A stretch of 64,000 bases of DNA from the human T2T-CHM13v2.0 reference genome, Homo sapiens (GCF_009914755.1 NC_060934.1), one strand, 5' to 3'. Positions 43,201 to 59,277 are shown, counted from the stretch's first letter. The notes: generated by a model not told the origin, from the sequence alone. Numbers and translations are program-made.

Positions 43201-44785
43201 CTTTTGAAACTGCCTGTGGCATCTGAAACACTGGCAGTGGTAAATAAGAGGACTCCTGGGTAGGTTCATTCCAGGCACTATAAGGGAATATCTTGTTGGA
43301 AAATGCCGTCTTTCCAGTTTTTATATCACCATTGCTGTGTTCCTCGCAGAAGCATTTTTCTCAATAGACTCATTTCCTTAAATTCGGATTCTTTGCATGT
43401 GCTTGTAAATAAGGCATTCTTTTCTCCCTGGAGCCCACATTTTAGCTCACTCAGTTTTATTTTCAGGCTAGAGCTAGTGCCCTAAGGTTCAGAGACATTT
43501 ATCAAGAAAGTTTTGAATTACTTGCAGAACAGCAAGCACCTGGATACATTTTCTTTTTGTTGTTCTTTAAGCTCCCTAATCTTCAGAATAGGATCTTTTC
43601 CTATTGCTGTTCTTGAACCAGTGAGATCTTTCATCTAAATGCTTTACAACTCATTAGAAAATAATCCTCAGGCACAAACTTCTCAGTTCAAGGGAGGGGG
43701 CTTCTTTATCTACAGCTCAGTTTCTGGCTGGCTGGCAACTTTCTTTGGGGCTCCACCTCCCCGTTTGAATTGGCTAAGGATGACATCATCGGCTGCCACA
43801 TCTTATGCATGTCAATGAAGATACTAGCAATTTGTTAACTCCTGACATCCCAGGGGAAAGTGCTAGAGAATATTTAAGCCAAACTCTTCATTTTGCAGAT
43901 TACTTTTTCATGGCCTGATTAGCTTAAGTGACTTCCCTATTTTCACACAGGCGATTAATTACTGTGCAGAGTGAAGAACTTAAAGCCTTTCCTACATTAT
44001 GCCTGAAACTGTATTTTCCTGCAAACCTCAAAGGAGGGCAGGGCTCCTCTGAAACAGGATTCAGAAGGGCCCCAGCATCACCCGCTTTGCAGCCATTCTG
44101 TCATGTCCTTGAGGGGCATTTCCTGATGTTCTCTGTCTGTAAAATGAGGACAGAAGTCCTTACCATCGGACTGTTACCAGGTCAGAAAATAAGATTCTAG
44201 GGTTCCAAAAAAGAAAAGAAAGTAAGCGTTTATTCAATGTTTCTTCTAGGCCTGTGCTGGAATAGTACCTTGCAGGAGAGCCCAGGTTTTATGAATGTTT
44301 GCTTTGATGGATAGGTGCGCGCATTGCATTCTGGCCCGTGAGTCACTGATTCTCCAGTCTGTGACTCTTCTTCATTTGTTCACTCAGCAACTGTCTTGAA
44401 CATCAGCTATACTCAAGGCACACATGTCAAAAACTATTTATCGATTATTTTGGTTTACCCCCAATCTCATACGCCTGCATACGCCTGTTAATACAGCAAG
44501 GTTGTAGGTGTGTTGTGTTGTGCGTGTGTGTGGTTTTTAACCTTTGCTAGGCCTTGAAATGAAAAAAAAGAAATTGTTTTTAAATTTAGAAGCAACTGTA
44601 GAAATGACTTCCCTATCAGATTAGGAAATGCTTGTTCTTAAGCACATCAGGAATTGGGACTTGCAAAAGATGAAGAGGAAGGCCATCGATTGTTAGCACT
44701 GAGATAAGAAGGTTACTCATAGACTGACCTTCCCACAGACACCTTCTCTCCTGTGTGCCTTTTCTTTTTCATTTTTGTTACTTAC

Positions 44786-44899
44786 ATGGAGGTTGCGCTT
44801 GAATGATCCAGCTGCAGTTCTGATTGTTTGGATAATTGGCAGGGAACCGTGGAGAGGAAACAGTATCAAATGAGCTGGTGAGGATGTGGCCTCCGCAGG
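44786..44899 (-). CDS. CUBN: cubilin exon 33 (114 nt; [38 protein letters not shown])
   Basis: ccccag|CC acceptor, T|gtaagt donor, CUB N-terminal motif. Confidence 0.96.
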
Positions 44900-46110
44900 C
44901 TGGGGAACACACAAACACACATACATGTCATATGCTTTTCATTTCTACTGACCGTACAAAACAATTATTTGATGAATAAAACCATCAATGATTTTTCTTC
45001 TTATTTCTAAAATGCACGCCAAGAAAGTTCTCCATAAGGAGAGCTGTACATAAACCATGAGAAAACAGGAGCACAGTTTATATTTTTAACAATTATTCTT
45101 CAACTACAGGAAGTAGGAAGTGGCAAAAAGCAACAGATTAAATGTCTATGAATTGCCTAAGTCATTCAAACAAAATTCTTGCATGGATTCACTTACACTG
45201 CCCACTCATAAATCATAGGCATAGGGATAATCTGCTTATAAATGACCTCTTTTTTTCAGGAAAATAAATACTCAATTGAATAAGGCTTCATAAGGATGAC
45301 TGTAGATTACTAGAGAAGAGCAAAATTCGATGTGAGTCTTGAAGAGGGAGAGGCGGTCACCGCTGGAGGGCGTAAGAGGAGTCTTGCTGAGGAGGAGGCC
45401 GAGGCTAAACTAGGACTTGGAGGGTGAGAAAAGGGAGGCCAGGGAGGGGACTGCCTGAGCAGACACAGAGGAGCATCTATAGAGGCTCAGCTGGAGCATG
45501 GGGTGCCCCAGGGATGTGGGTGACTGACGCTGGAGAGAGGTCAGGGTGGGTTCTGGGGCTCTTGGTTAACATCTGCAGGAGCTTGAGCTTTATTCTCCAG
45601 GCCAGGTGGAGACGGGACAGACATTGAGCATTCCAATGGCATGATCAGAGCAGGGCTTTTACAGGCGACTTTGGAGAGAGATGGGGTAAGGGTAGGTGAC
45701 TTTCAGGAGGTTGTTACAGTCCGGATGAAAGCTAGCAGGGACTTTTTACTATGAAGCAACAAACAAGTGAATAATAACATGCAAAAGAACTATTAGGAAA
45801 CTAGTTTTTCTTTAAAATCAACAAGAATATAGTCTGTCTTGCTCCAAAGTCTAAAGGTCTATGGTGCGTATTTGGGAGACCTCGATCCAGGCACTGTCCC
45901 AATCCAGAGCTCTTTACTACAGAATATAAGCGAGTTGACTAAGATAGACATAATGACTACACAGACTAAATGTATTTGTAGTGAATGTTCTGAATCATCT
46001 GAATACAAGTCATCTCTGACTATGGGATAAGGGGTTCATCTCTTAAAACGAGCAGATGAAAGGCAATGGGTAAAAAGGTCTTGGAGAAGTGGTGATTTAA
46101 GAACAAAAAT

Positions 46111-46627
<517 letters not shown>

Positions 46628-46907
46628 TCAGTGAATTTGGATAAAAACTTTTTTATACTGTTTCTAGTCTTAAAAGCACTTTTAAACTTGTTAGAGATGC
46701 GGGTCCAAAGGAAGTCAGAGAAGGAGAAGGTTACAAGCATCAGGAGTTGGGATAATTGTAAGTCACAGTTCTTTTGTTCTATTTAATTTTTTACATGTTA
46801 AGTAGAAGGCTGTGATCAATTTCTGAGCACAGGTCTCATTTCACTGTTGCACCAAACAGAGCACTGAAGATTTCTCTTGTGCCTGGGAAGATCCACAGGG
46901 TACTTGC

Positions 46908-47067
46908 CTTGCCTGAATTGAGCTCGGAAGCCTCTGTTCTGTCTGGAAGGGCCAGACTGAAATCTCAAGAAGAGGCTGTTTCCTGAGGAGACGATGGGGT
47001 TAGCCAGCTGCTCCCTTCCACACGTCCTGGCAAGGCGGGACATTGTGGAGCTTAAGCCATCGTATGC
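46908..47067 (-). CDS. CUBN: cubilin exon 32 (160 nt; [24 protein letters not shown]...GFRAQFRQ), GC donor
   Basis: Acceptor cttgtag|GCA; donor AAG|gcaagt; final G joins CC of the next exon to give Ala in QACGG. Confidence 0.95.
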
Positions 47068-47555
47068 CTACAAGAAAGGAGACAGGGCAAACAGTGGTTC
47101 AGATTCACATCTAGAAGGCCTGTATTCCACGAACTGTCTGCACGCCGATATACTAGTGGATAATCACACGTTTGCTGGATCTAGGGAAACTGGCTTTATT
47201 GTCTTTTCTCACAGCTGTAACAAGTCTTTGGTCATTTCTAGGGATGCTGACGTGAATTTCAGCAGGACTTCCTCTGTCAGAGCCACTATTAGATTTCTTG
47301 ATATCTTCATAAATGCCGTCCCTTCCACACTCCCCTTCCTTCCCAACCCCAGTGTAGTCACCTCACAGGCCATGCCCACAACATGTGCTGGAAATGTGTA
47401 ATGCAAGAATAGACACATGAGAAAACAGACGAGAAATAATGATGAGTGATGAGCATTTGTTGTCAGAATCCCGACATTTGTTGGATCTGTTTGTTCTTCA
47501 TAAGTTTCGTGATAGGGTAATGCTCAAGAGAAGAGAAATGGCAGAATTCTTTTCA

Positions 47556-47925
<370 letters not shown>

Positions 47926-48164
47926 TTACCTCTCTCTTTTTAACTGTTGGTCTCTGTCTTGCCTAGTGCCATGCTGGGACCTAGCTGACCCTCCAGGCAT
48001 GTAATGAAATGGAATCTATGTCACATATACCTGAAATCTCTGTATTGATTTGTAAAATTTGAAGCTTACTAATTTGCTTGGAACTCAGTGTCTAGATGAA
48101 TTTTTGAATACTCTTATGTGTAAATCAGGGGGGAAATGAGTTCCTTTGCTTGGATGATTAATAA

Positions 48165-48385
48165 TAACTCCCATTCATTAGTGCTTACTATGTGCCAGGA
48201 ACTGGATTCAGCCCTTCACATACACTGTCCCATTTTATCCTCCCAAATTTCTTTCTGTTTTTAAGAACAGGACAACAGAGGCACAGAGAGCCTAAGTAAT
48301 GGGCCCAAGTCACACAATTCCTAAGAGGGAGCAGGTCACATTGAATCAGACCACTAGATTCCAGAGTCCAGAATTGAAACCCTTT
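48165..48385 (-). mobile_element. MIR
   Basis: gaggcacagagagcctaagtaatgggcccaagtcacaca core. Confidence 0.7.
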
Positions 48386-49338
48386 CCTCTTGTTCACTGC
48401 AAGGTATCAACTGAGCAGGATGCATGCATCAACCTGCCAACCATTAGAATGTGACTGAAAGTATGAAGGTAAAATATGGCCATTTCATTAAAAACAAATT
48501 GCCATTTATATTTCATAAGAAAATCTTGGGGAAAAAAATAGAAAGTTCGGAGATTCAATGTAAGGAAGGTACTCGCAAGTGACTTTAAAAATCTGGTGAT
48601 GATTATAATCAGTGTTCTGTTTAGCACACAGGTATGATTCTGCATGTTCTCTTTAGCCACAGGTATGATTGGCAGGATATTCTCAGTTTGGCTTATACAA
48701 GCCCATGAATCAAATATCAATAGGATTTTTAACTTTCTGAGGAGCTGAAGCTCTTACAATAATAAGTTTAAAACAAATGTGGGTCTGTTCTGGAGCAGCA
48801 AATCTTTTCTTTTTTATTATTTAATGTTCAAAATTTAAATATATATATATATATCTCCAATAAATGAAACCTGATGACTGATTTTCATTCAACAAAGATT
48901 GATTAAAAACTAAATTCCATTTTTCTAACCAATTCAAATTATAATTTCCAATCTAGTATGAATCCTTCCTTTGAACACGTTGAACACTGTAAACAGTAGA
49001 CAAAATGACATTTAATCCATCACTACAAAACCTCTTACTACATTCATACTTGAGTCTACTCTCAAATATCACCACCATTGGTTTAATTCAAGTCTTTATT
49101 ATCTCTATACTTGGTTTTATGCTGTCCTAAGGTTATAGATACAGTGTCCTAAGCTTGTAGTAATATTCTATTAATACTGTCTTAGTTTTAATATCAAAGG
49201 ATAATGAATACCTTCTTAGAACATCTGTGGTTACAGAGTATGGAGAATACACCAATTGAATCTTAAGGCACAGACTATTTACTTCTCTCAAGATAATTTA
49301 TTCATTTATTTGTTTAGAATAGCATTTTTTCATTTTTA

Positions 49339-50345
49339 TAAAAGTTTAAGATTCAATTTTATGAATATATATAGTTTATATTTATTCTTTATTTTGGTTT
49401 TAAGTGATGCATAATAATTGAACACATGTATGAGGGATAGTGTGATGTTTCAATACACATATACATTGTGTAATTATCAAATCATGGTATTCAGCATGTC
49501 CATCAATTCAAACATTTATCATTTATTTGTGGTGAGACCATTAAGAATCCTCTCTTCTAGTTACTTTTAACACACTATAATATTTATAAACCAGAATATT
49601 GTTTACTGTGGGTGCCCTACTGTGTTATAGAACATCAGAACTTATTCCTCTTACCTAACTGTAATTGTATACCCTTTGACAAATATCTCCCCATAATTTC
49701 CTCCCTGCTACCGTCCCCAGCCTCTGGTAACCACTATTCTACCCTGTACTTGTGCGAGATCAGCATTTTTACACTCCACAAATGAGTGACATCATGCAAT
49801 ATTTATCTTTCTGTGCCTGGCTTATTTCCATGAACATAAAGTCCTTCAGGCTCATCCATGATACCACAAATGACAGGATTGTGTTCATTTCTATTGCTAA
49901 GTACCATCCCATTGTTTATATATATCACATTTTAAAAATCCATTCATCCATTGATAAGTCTTTTTGTCTTCAAGAGAAGACATACAAATGACCAACAGGT
50001 AAATGAAAAAATGCTCAACATCACTAATCACCAGTGAAATCCAAATCAAAGCCACAGTGAAATACCACTTAATCCCAATTAGAAAATAATAAGGGCTGGT
50101 GTGGATGTGGGGAAAAGGGAACCTTTACACACTATTGATGGGAATGTAAATTGATACAGCCATTATGAAAAACAGTATGGACATTTCTCAAAAAATCAAA
50201 AATAGAGCTACCATATGATCCAACAGTCTCACTCCTGGGATAAGCAGACAAAGGAAATTAAATAAGTATGTTGAATATATCTGCATTTCCTTGTTAACTG
50301 AAGCACTAGTCACAATAGCCAAAATATGGAATCAACCTAAGTGTC
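49339..50345 (-). mobile_element. 5'-inverted L1MA: antisense 3' end 49339-49955 plus sense piece about 49961-50345
   Basis: Two opposite-orientation pieces contiguous in the L1 consensus; degenerate TSD tagcattt(t/c)tt(c/a)atttt. Confidence 0.8.
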
Positions 50346-50829
50346 TAGCATTTCTTAATTTTTTAAACTAGTGGAACAATGGGTTCTATGGTGTTTATAG
50401 ACTTCTCAAAAAAAAAAAAAAGAAAAAACTCTAAGATTTTGCAAGTCCATGGACTCACAAAATAAGACTCTTCTGGTTTTAAAAAAATTTTCTCCGAAAT
50501 TCAAAGGTCCAAGGAATAAGTACATATTGTTTCTTCCCTCTCACAGTCCTTGTTTTCAGTCTGAGTGGTTGGAATCCTCTCAAGGGACAAGAGGAAATAA
50601 GGGGAACAAAAGTAAACTAAAATATTAAGGCTGAAATCTTCAGAAAATCACCCGAATCACCCATTTCCTTGGGGGTCCTTTGAAAGGGGCACACCTAGAA
50701 GCTTTACAGACTTCCCAGCTATTTCCCCTACCCCCAGCCCCTGAGGTCCTGGAATTACAAGACCTCTGCTAAAATTCATCTGGCTGAAGTAATACTTCAC
50801 AAGGAATGGATCAAAAATAGAAGGTTTTC

Positions 50830-51044
50830 TCAAGACCAGCCTGGCCAACATGACAAAACCATGTCTCTACTAAAAATACAAAAAAAAATTAGCCAGGCAT
50901 GGTGGTGGGCACCTGTAATCCCAGCTACTCAGGAGGCTGAGGCATGAGATTTGCTTCAACCCAGGAGGCAGAGGTTGCAGTGAGCTGCGATTGCACCACT
51001 GCACTCCATCATGGGTGACAGAGTGAGACTCCATCTCAATAAAA
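50830..51044 (+). mobile_element. 5'-truncated Alu
   Basis: Begins at tcaagaccagcc; TSD agaaggttttc (50819-50829, 51045-51055). Confidence 0.9.
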
Positions 51045-51322
51045 AGAAGGTTTTCATGTGTCCCGGAATTCAAATTATATACCAATGACACCCCAAATGT
51101 GATGAGCATGTTATAATTTTACAAGCTCCGTCACAAACATCCTAACCTGTGTGATTTTCTATAAAAATAAAGACAGGGAGGCAAGTGCTAAGCTATTAAA
51201 CTACTGTCTCATTCAATGTAGGCTAGTAAGTCATCCAAGTTCACATCACTAGTGAGTAGCAGCGTCTTCTCTCTCCAAATTCTAGATTTACCATGTTACT
51301 TCTCTTTAAAAAGCTCATGACA

Positions 51323-51705
51323 CACCTCAGTCTGCTTCTTTGTGATACCATAGAATACCTGAGGCCAGGTGATTTATAAAGAGCAGAAATTTATTTCTAA
51401 CAGTTCAGAAGGCTGGGAAGTCCAAGAACAAGCTGCCAGCAAGTTACAGCCGGGTCTCTCTGCTTCAAGGTGGTACCTTGAATGGTGCATCCTCTTGTGG
51501 GGAGGAACATCATGTCACCAAGTGGCAGAAGTGCAGAAGAGAGAGAACCTGTTGTTGCAAGCCCTTTTTATAGCAACATTAATCCATTCATGATGGCAAG
51601 GCTTTCAGTACCTGAACACCACCCAAAGGCCATACCTCCTGACACTAGAGGAGGTATTAAGCTTCCAGCACATGAACTTGGAGGGGACACATTCAAACCG
51701 TAGCA
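51323..51705 (-). mobile_element. MaLR solo LTR (MLT1A/MST-like)
   Basis: agaaatttatttctaacagttcagaaggctgggaagtccaag ... ggggacacattcaaaccgtagca. Confidence 0.8.
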
Positions 51706-51859
51706 TTATAGTTATTAAGTTTTATGTACCTAATTGTCATTTTATGAAATTTTAAAACCTCAGGCTATCAAGGAGGGAGAATATTTTTAACAGATTTTGA
51801 AATATAAATTCTTTCATTTGAGTGTTTTTAACACTTATAATATCAAATCAATATTCTCA

Positions 51860-52160
<301 letters not shown>

Positions 52161-52721
52161 AACAACTCACATTTAAAGTTTCAATTTATAAAATTCCACA
52201 AGAAAAGCACTTCAAGGAAGAAAATATGAGAAACCTTGCTCCCATTCATTTACAATTCTAAAGTCATAAAAATTATCGATATGAATTTCACCTTAACTTC
52301 CATTTAGTTCCCAAGGCAAAGCTAACAAATGATATTACTATTGGATACACATATATTAATATAACATATAATTCTTACTTAAGTCTACTGCCAAGAGTTT
52401 GCTAGGCCTCAGCATTGATTTTCTGATCGTTACTTAAGTGGTAAAAGTCAGGGCAATATACAAACAAAATAAAACTTTGTACATGTCAACTAATTCATTT
52501 CTAGATGATAGTAATAAAATAAAAATTTGAAGTTGAAGCCACAAAATAAAAAGTGGCCACTGTCCCCCAGAGAATTCTAACTGCCGAAGCTCTTAAAACA
52601 GAGGCAGATCTAATGGAGTGGTCATTTAATTTCTACAGAAAAGTTGACCAGTCTTTTTGTAAAATATCCAGAATTTTATAAAATGCCAAGATACTAACAC
52701 ACATATTCAAAATACATATGA

Positions 52722-53040
52722 GGCCGGGTGCAGTGGCTCACGCCTGTAATCCCAGCACTTTGGGAGACCGAGGCAGGTGGATCACCTGAGGTCAGGAGTT
52801 TGAGACCAGTCTGGCCAACATGGTGAAACCCCATCTCTATTAAAAATACAAAAATTAGCCAGGCGTAGTGACGTGTGCCTGTAATCCCAGCTACCTGGGA
52901 GGCTGAGGCACGAGAATTGCTTGAACCCAGGAGGCAGAGGCTACAATGAGTGGAGATGGTGCCACTGTACTCCAGCCTGGGTGACAGAATAAGACTCCAT
53001 CTCAAAACAAAACAAACAAAAAACCCCCACAAAAACAAAA
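52722..53040 (+). mobile_element. Alu (AluSx-like)
   Basis: Full-length with (CAAAA)n tail. Confidence 0.92.
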
Positions 53041-53589
53041 AGCTTAACTTTATTATATAAAAATAGGAGACTTTTTAAAAAGTACAGAACCTGGCACATA
53101 CAGGCAATAAATGTTTGATGAACAAATGAATAAATGAATATGTATGACAGTTGCTGGTCTCTAAAAATTGAGAACTAGGGTTGAGGAAAACCCTGAGTTA
53201 AGAAACAGCTGTCCTTGCCCTCATAGATTCAATGCTGTAAACACATAGTAGACACAATTGTGGGTAAGAGGCTAGTCACAGGGGGACGGAGGTCAGCTCG
53301 GCTGCTTTCTGGGCAGGCTTCCTATATGCCAGGTCTGAAGGAGAATGAAGGGGCCCAACCACAGGGCACAGCCAATGTCATGCACTCCGCTCCCAGGGGC
53401 CCTTCACCAACAGGGTGAGAGAAGGCAGAGGCAGAATGTGGGCAGAGGACATTGGACCCGTCCCCAAGGCCCAGAGTATTCTGAACACATGATATATTAT
53501 GGTGCTATCAAGTCCCCTCCACATCCTCAGCTCTAGCCAGAAGTGAGAACTAAGCCAAACATTTATGAAATTTCTTTTAATTAGTATTA

Positions 53590-53877
53590 TAATTGTTATT
53601 TTTGTAGTCAGGGTCTTACCCTGTCACCCAGGCTGGCATACAGTGGTGTGACAGCTCACTGCAGCCTTGACCTCCTGGGCTCAAGGGATCCTCCCACCTC
53701 AGCCTCCCAAATAGCTGGGACTACAGGTGTGCACCACCACACTTGGCTAATTTTTAAATGTTTTGTAGAGAGGGGATTTTGCTGTATTGCCTAGTGTGGA
53801 ACTCCTGGCTCAAGCGATCCTGCCACCTCAGCCTCCCAAAGTGCTGGGATTATAGGCATGAGCCACAGTGCCCGGCC
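53590..53877 (-). mobile_element. Alu (AluJ-type)
   Basis: Antisense diverged Alu. Confidence 0.9.
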
Positions 53878-54175
53878 TTAATTTTCATACCTGATGCTTC
53901 GATACCTTGAGGAGATTTGCATAAATGTCCATCATTTCTAAAGTTAACATGTGTTCAACTTTGTCACATGTCAAGTGACACAGGAGGAAAACCATTCAAG
54001 TGTGAGACCAACATCCCTTCCTGGTGGCATTTCTAGTTCTGGAGGCCTGTGATCATAGTTCTAAAGAACGGTAATGTGGGAAAATAAAGAAGCCAAGCAA
54101 AGGGAACTTTTTAATTCTCATACACACCTTTGTCCTATAAATAAGCATTATTTAAAAGCATGTTGCATTATTTAA

Positions 54176-54520
<345 letters not shown>

Positions 54521-54964
54521 GGAAAAGCAATCTTTATTGACGAAAATATCTTCATAGGCTCTCAGAACATGAGTATAGTAGGGGAGGTGTTATTTTATGT
54601 TGTTGGGGACAAGTTGCCCCCTTCTCTTTGCTTTCTCATCTGTTGCTAAATTTCTTAATCTGCAAAATTGGATTAATATGAATATATAGCTCATACTGTT
54701 CACAAGAATAAGTTAAAAGATACAATACTTAGGAGAGTGGCTGGCATGTAGTAAGCATGTGATAGATGTTAGCCTCTAGTATCAAAGTGAGACAAAGTGG
54801 GAGCTAAATTGCTGTGTAAGAAATGAAGTAGGGAATTAGAAAGCTATGGAGGCAAAAAAGAAAAGAGAACCAAGGGGTGGGGTGGGGGTTGTCCAGAAAT
54901 ATGGGTAGGTAGGAGTGGGAGAGATAAGAAATGAAAATTTTCCAACTGGAGATTGTAGGGGTGG

Positions 54965-55415
54965 GGGGTGGTAGGCAACTTCTGACCCAGCTCTCAGTGA
55001 GCCCCACGTCCTGGTATTCATGCCTCTGTGTAATCTCCTCCCTGGCGTATGGGATAGACCTCGTGATTGGTTCTAATTAACAGAATACAATGGAAGTGAT
55101 AGTCTGTCACCTCCATAATGAGGTGAGAAAAGATGGTTCCTGCCCTCTTGCTAGCACTTTCTGTCTTGTTGGACTCTCTCTTGTCCTCTCTATTGCTTGC
55201 TCTGGTGAGCAAGGTGCCGTGTTCTGAGATACTCCGTGGAGAGGCCTGTGTGGCAGGGAGTCAAGGGAGGCCTCAGCCAACAGCCTGCAAGGAACTGAAC
55301 CCTGTGTACATTCACATGAGTGAACCAGGAAGCACGCAGGTGAGTGGCACCTGGCTTCCTGACCCACGGAAACTGTAAATGTTGTTGTCTTAAGCTGGTA
55401 AGTTCTGGGGTAAGT
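54965..55415 (+). mobile_element. MaLR solo LTR (MLT1F-like)
   Basis: cctggtattcatgcctctgtgtaatc..., gagaggcctgtgtggcagggag, gcctcagccaacagcctgcaaggaactga, tcctgacccacggaaactgt. Confidence 0.75.
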
Positions 55416-55637
55416 CTGCGGGTGTGGAATGAAGAACAAAGGCTTCCGAAGAATGAGGCTGTCCAGTGCTGTATTCAAGTCACATGCTGTACTGCTCTTT
55501 GCAGTAACCACCTCAGAGACCTCATCTAAAAATGAGGGTAGGTAAACTCCCCTTGCAGCCTCATAAGGTTATTGTAAAGATCAAATAAGACAATGTATTG
55601 AAAGTTTTGTGGAAACTGATTACAAGTATGAAGGTAA

Positions 55638-56012
<375 letters not shown>

Positions 56013-56039
56013 TAACGAAATTTAACATACAGAAAAGTT

Positions 56040-57150
56040 AAAAGCTAGCAATTCCACTTCTGCAGGTTTACACTAGAGAAAGTCTTAGGTGGTTACATAC
56101 AGATATTGCTTCAAGAATATTCGGTACAAAAAGTTGCTAAGGAAAAATATTGCAAGCAACTTAAATGTTCATTAACAGGAGAATGGGCAAATGACTTGTG
56201 GTGCATATATAAAATAGAATGTGTAGTGACTAAAAGAATGCATTAGATCTGTATGCATTACAATGCAGAAAATGTGAAAAACAGAATAATGAGTGAATAG
56301 AGCAAGTTGAAGAAGGATATGTAGCGTGTAACATGATGTACATAAAGTCTTAAAATATGCAAAATAATATTTCATAGTGTGTATGGATATATGCATATAA
56401 TGAAAAAACTATAAAAACCTTCATGGGAATCACAAACCAGAAATCTCATTAGCAGTTTCCTCTGGGACGGGGAACAGGGCATGGGATCAATGATAGGAGC
56501 ACGTGGGACTTCACCTGTGTCTTGAACAGTTCATTTCTGTTTGGGAGAAAACAAAAGAACTTGAAGCAAATGTGGCAAAATATGAAGATTTGGCCAGTCT
56601 GGACAGGGAGAAGTTTTTGTATGTTATATACTTTGTATGCATTATATAGTCGGTATTTCTCTACATACTTAAAATATTTCATAGTAGAGTGTTCAATAAA
56701 GAAAAGAAAAGCTATATAAAGGAAATAATAGGAAATGTACTAAGATTCACATATAAAGATACTCCTCATAGCATTGTTATAACAAGAAAAGAAAAAACCC
56801 ATTAATAATCCAAATGGTTAATAATAAACCGTGGCTAACTGAATTACAGCACGTCCATTTCATTGACTAGCCAAAGAAACTATTTAAGAAAATTTCAAAT
56901 AATATGAAGTGAAAAAGGCAAGATACAAAATTATATATAATATTATCTTAACTATGCATGTTTGTGTGTACATGAGTGCGTGTATATATTTGTATGTGTG
57001 TGTTTGTGAGGGAAATAAACCAAAATTTCAATAGCTTGTATCTATATTGTAATACTAAGGATGGCAATAATTTCTTATTTCTTCTTTTCTGTATTCTACA
57101 AATTTAATATGAGGAGCATGTAAGGTTTAAAAATAAAATCTATATTAAAA
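56040..57150 (+). mobile_element. Ancient L1ME-like 3' fragments
   Basis: ctagcaattccacttctg, aacttaaatgttcattaacaggagaatgg and gtgaaaaaggcaagatacaaaa L1M 3' motifs; limits approximate. Confidence 0.55.
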
Positions 57151-58926
57151 GTTCTTTAGTGTTTCATCACTCGGATGCATAAGTGATTACATACAGACAT
57201 GAAAGGGCACTATTCATATAACAGCACTGCAGTACCCAAGCCAGATGGCTACTAACGCCAGTTAATCTAGCCTCTTGCTGCCGCCAGGAATGTATCAAGT
57301 TTAATGGACGTGGCTTCTGTTTTAAGATCTCCAAAGCATCTGTTCATTGCCTAATATCTATAACTGTGCCCCAGTCCTCTCCCCTAAGCCCTAGGCTTGT
57401 ATAGACAACTGTATCGTAGACATCATCTCTTCCATGTTCCACAAACCCCGAAAATCAGTGTCTCAAACTGAAGCCCTCTTCCTGTCCCTCTCATTTCTCC
57501 CTTACCTACATTTCTTGCCACAGTAAATGCCGGAAGCATGTACCCAACGGCCAGACCGTTTGGGGAACCGCCCCCATCCCTGCTACATGTAGTGGATCAG
57601 CATGTTCTAACATCTGTTTGTCCGATGTATCGCTTGGCTCCTTCCCTCTACTTCATCCATGTCCCTCTCTGGTGTCTTGGTGTGGGGCCTCATTACATCT
57701 TGCCTAGGCCACTACAACACCCTGAAATTTCCCCTGCCTTCCATTTGTGTCTTCCTTCCATTCAGTCTCAAAACAACTCAGTGCACAGCGTGCGCTTTCT
57801 AAAATGTAACATCACATACTAAAGTAAAGCTGAGCATACATTTTTAAATTGCACGAAAGAAAGACCAGTAATCACGCATGCTTTGCCTAAGCACTAAAGA
57901 CCACGTGATTGACGTGGACGTGATGCAGAGCACTTCAGCGGCTGCCCCTCTCTGCTGTAATCAAAACCCTGGGGTGATTAAATGGCTCGTGACCACCTGA
58001 CTGAAATGTCAGTCATCATTTGCACCCCTCATGACTGAGGGGGAAATGAATTGTAGCTTCCTCAGTAATATCTGTATTTTTATTTCTAAAAAAAAAAAAA
58101 AAAAACAGGAATATATTCCCTGAGATTGTTGGAAAGTAGGAAGTGAGGAATTTTTTTCTACTGGATTTTTTATCTTGTTTACTAAGTTTCATCTTGCTCA
58201 GGGAGAAAATTTTTTTAAAAGATTCCTTAAGATCTTTAACATAGCGTTAATAGTAATAGAAGCAGGAGTCATTGTAATAGAAAAATTAGGAATAGCAGCA
58301 AATACTTATCTGAACCAGACACTGATAGGTACTTAAATACATTTGTTTACATTTGATTCTTACAGTTCCACTTTGCAGCAGGGAAAACTGAGCTCTGAAA
58401 ACATACATGACTTGCCCAATCACACGCTTAGCAGTGCAGAGCCAATATACAAACCCCATCTGTCTGACGTCCGACCAAGTATGATTAAACCTAGAGAAAA
58501 GGTGAAATCAAGTTGTATTCATTCAGTTAGAATGTTGAGAGACCATGATTCTGTGAAGCTAAGTGAGATATTCACGGTCTCCAAGAAAGAAAACCACAGC
58601 AGCTCTGGAAATAGGGTGGGAGTCCCCCATCCTTTGCATCTGAACCTGCAATCAAGCATCCTCAGTAGCATTTGAGAAAGTCTTATATTGGGCTCCCGTG
58701 GCTTTCCAAGTGGTTGGCATCTGTCCTGCATTCCATTCCAGTGAACGTGCATGGGATTCCCAGCATGGCTCACTTAGCAGAATGGGTAACAAAGAGCACA
58801 GTGTCTGGGGTCAATACATAAACCCAGAACTTCTATCGTTGCCACATAAACTTGATTCTATTCCTGGATTCAGATATAAAGCTCCTCCTTGTCCTTCTCT
58901 GGTCCAACCGCCATTCTCTGGTCTAG

Positions 58927-59277
<351 letters not shown>

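Noticed and set aside
56817-56829. HNF1-like site gttaataataaac (and HNF4-like tggactttg at 63788-63796)
   Set aside because: Single motifs are expected by chance in 64 kb, and the first lies in an L1 remnant; not supportable without chromatin data.
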